Assembly: GCA_002269645.1 (NCBI GenBank)
Contig: NIVC01001783.1
Span: forward strand, 173,853-237,852
DNA length: 64,000 bases
Reading direction: 5' to 3'
Origin: Macrostomum lignano
Lineage: Eukaryota
Made by a program: the position numbers and the translations under genes. The notes under the pieces were generated by a model that saw only the letters and a program-made list of their open reading frames with translations, did not search any database and was not told the DNA's origin. Of the stretch, positions 62,190-64,000 are shown one piece after another (position 1 is the first letter of the stretch; every line of letters begins with the position of its first letter).

Positions 62190-63440
62190 GGCCCTCTGTA
62201 GCTGGTGCCCCCTTCTGTAACTGGCGCCCCTCTGTAGCTGGCGCCCCTCTGTAGCTGGTGCCCCCTTCTGTAACTGGCGCCCTCTGTAGCTGGTGCCCCC
62301 TTCTGTAACTGGCGCCCCTCTGTAGCTGGCGCCCTCCAGTGTAGCTGGCGCCCCCTCTGTAGCTGGTGCCCCCTTCTGTAACTGGCGCCCCTCTGTAGCT
62401 GGCGCCCTCCAGTGTAGCTGGCGCCCCCCTCTGTAGCTGGCGCCCTCCAGTGTAGCTGGCGCCCTCTGTAGCTGGTGCCCCTTCTGTAACTGGCGCCCCT
62501 CTGTAGCTGGCGCCCTCCAGTGTAGCTGGCGCCCCCCTCTGTAGCTGGCGCCCTCCAGTGTAGCTGGCGCCCTCTGTAGCTGGTGCCCCCTTCTGTAACT
62601 GGCGCCCCTCTGTAGCTGGTGCCCCTTCTGTAGCTGGTGCCCCTTCTGTAGCTGGTGCCCCCTTCTGTAGCTTGTGCCCTCTGTAGCTGGTGCCCCCTTC
62701 TGTAACTGGCGCCCCTCTGTAGCTGGCGCCCTCCAGTGTAGCTGGCGCCCCCCTCTGTAGCTGGCGCCCCTCTGTAGCTGGTGCCCCCTTCTGTAACTGG
62801 CGCCCTCTGTAGCTGGTGCCCCCTTCTGTAACTGGCGCCCCTCTGTAGCTGGTGCCCCTTCTGTAACTGGCGCCCCTCTGTAGCTGGTGCCCCTTCTGTA
62901 ACTGGCGCCCCTCTGTAGCTGGCGCCCTCCAGTGTAGCTGGCGCCCCCTCTGTAGCTGCGCCCTCCAGTGTAGCTGGCGCCCTCTGTAGCTGGTGCCCTC
63001 TGTAGCTGGTGCCCCCTTCTGTAACTGGCGCCATCTGTAGCTGGCGCCATCTGTAGCTGGCGCTCTCCAGTGTAGCTGGCGCCACCCTCTGTAGCTGGCG
63101 CCCTCCAGTGTAACTGGCGCCCCTCTGTAGCTGGCGCCCTCCAGTGTAGCTGGCGCCCCCCTCTGTAGCTGGCGCCCTCCAGTGTAGCTGGCGCCTCTGT
63201 AGCTGGTGCCCTCTGTAGCTGGTGCCCCTTCTGTAGCTGGTGCCCCCTTCTGTAACTGGCGCCATCTGTAGCTGGGCGCCATCTGTAGCTGGCGCTCTCC
63301 AGTGTAGCTGGCGCCACCCTCTGTAGCTGGCGCCCTCCAGTGTAGCTGGCGCCCTCCAGTGTAGCTGGCGCCCTCCTCTATAGCTGGTGCCCCTTCTGTA
63401 ACTGGTGCCCCTCTCTGTCGCTGGCGCTCCTCTGTAGCTG
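62190..63440. repeat. GC-rich variable-unit (17-21 bp) array with core ctgtagctggcgcccc
   Basis: Direct; source of the 378-441 aa spurious ORFs. Confidence 0.97.
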
Positions 63441-64000
63441 GCAATGTATGACACTGCAAGTGAGCCTAAATTTCTCACTTCCGTGTCCTTATGGTGTTAG
63501 GAGTTTTAAGAGCAAGATCCCCGGATAAAACTCAACCATATTGCAGAGCGGATCGATCTTCCTACTGGCTGCTTGTTTGCTGGTGTTGGAAACTACTGGT
63601 TGGACTTGGCATTTTCTTACTTATAGAAACCTTATATAATTCTATTGTTTGGGTTTTGTTAGTAGCCATATAGTTTTTAAATATATGTCCAGAACACCCA
63701 TGTGCTATCTCAGGAATTAGAATAGTATAGTGCTTAAGTCAGCTATAAATTCACTTCGTTGGTTACGAGTCAATAACAGCTATGAATTCAGAAAGGCCAG
63801 CTAAACGTACGAGCGTATGCTGCACTGAAAATATATAATATGTTTATTATACGAGTGAGTTGGAGCTGTTTTATGGTTTGCCAAATCGATCATCAGTGGC
63901 GTGTATACAATTGCTAGAAAATATATACACAATATATAGTATATGCTATGATTTGAATTCATTTATTCCATTGTGTACCAATGACTTACATCTATAGTAA

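Noticed and set aside
62140-63478. Three 378-441 aa ORFs (GASYRG/APATEG repeats)
   Set aside because: All three frames are open because the repeat lacks stop codons on that strand; unit lengths vary without frame conservation

Overview
Eukaryotic (animal) genomic DNA: spliceosomal GT-AG introns, GC-rich exons and AT-rich intergenic DNA. The style (minisatellite-stuffed introns, Ala/Gln-rich linkers, intronless DEG/ENaC paralogs) resembles a Macrostomum-like flatworm; this is an inference, not verified. Contents: (1) a 10-exon AP-1/AP-2 beta-adaptin gene on the minus strand (22178 to 10477, ~989 aa, phases consistent); (2) a minus-strand tandem cluster of intronless DEG/ENaC channel genes: two near-identical intact copies (37595-39301, 32100-33803) and a divergent pseudogene (~29907-30840); (3) a 4-exon SCAF4/8-like CID+RRM gene on the plus strand (55364-60989, ~856 aa); (4) a full-length but disabled Ty3/Gypsy element with LTRs, PBS, PPT and 5-bp TSD (42460-47338), a deleted LTR-less Gypsy (27185-29760), LINE remnants, three tRNA-derived SINE copies and several MITEs; (5) more than 15 different tandem arrays, with a private array in every large intron of both housekeeping genes. 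No prokaryotic features or CRISPR arrays were found.
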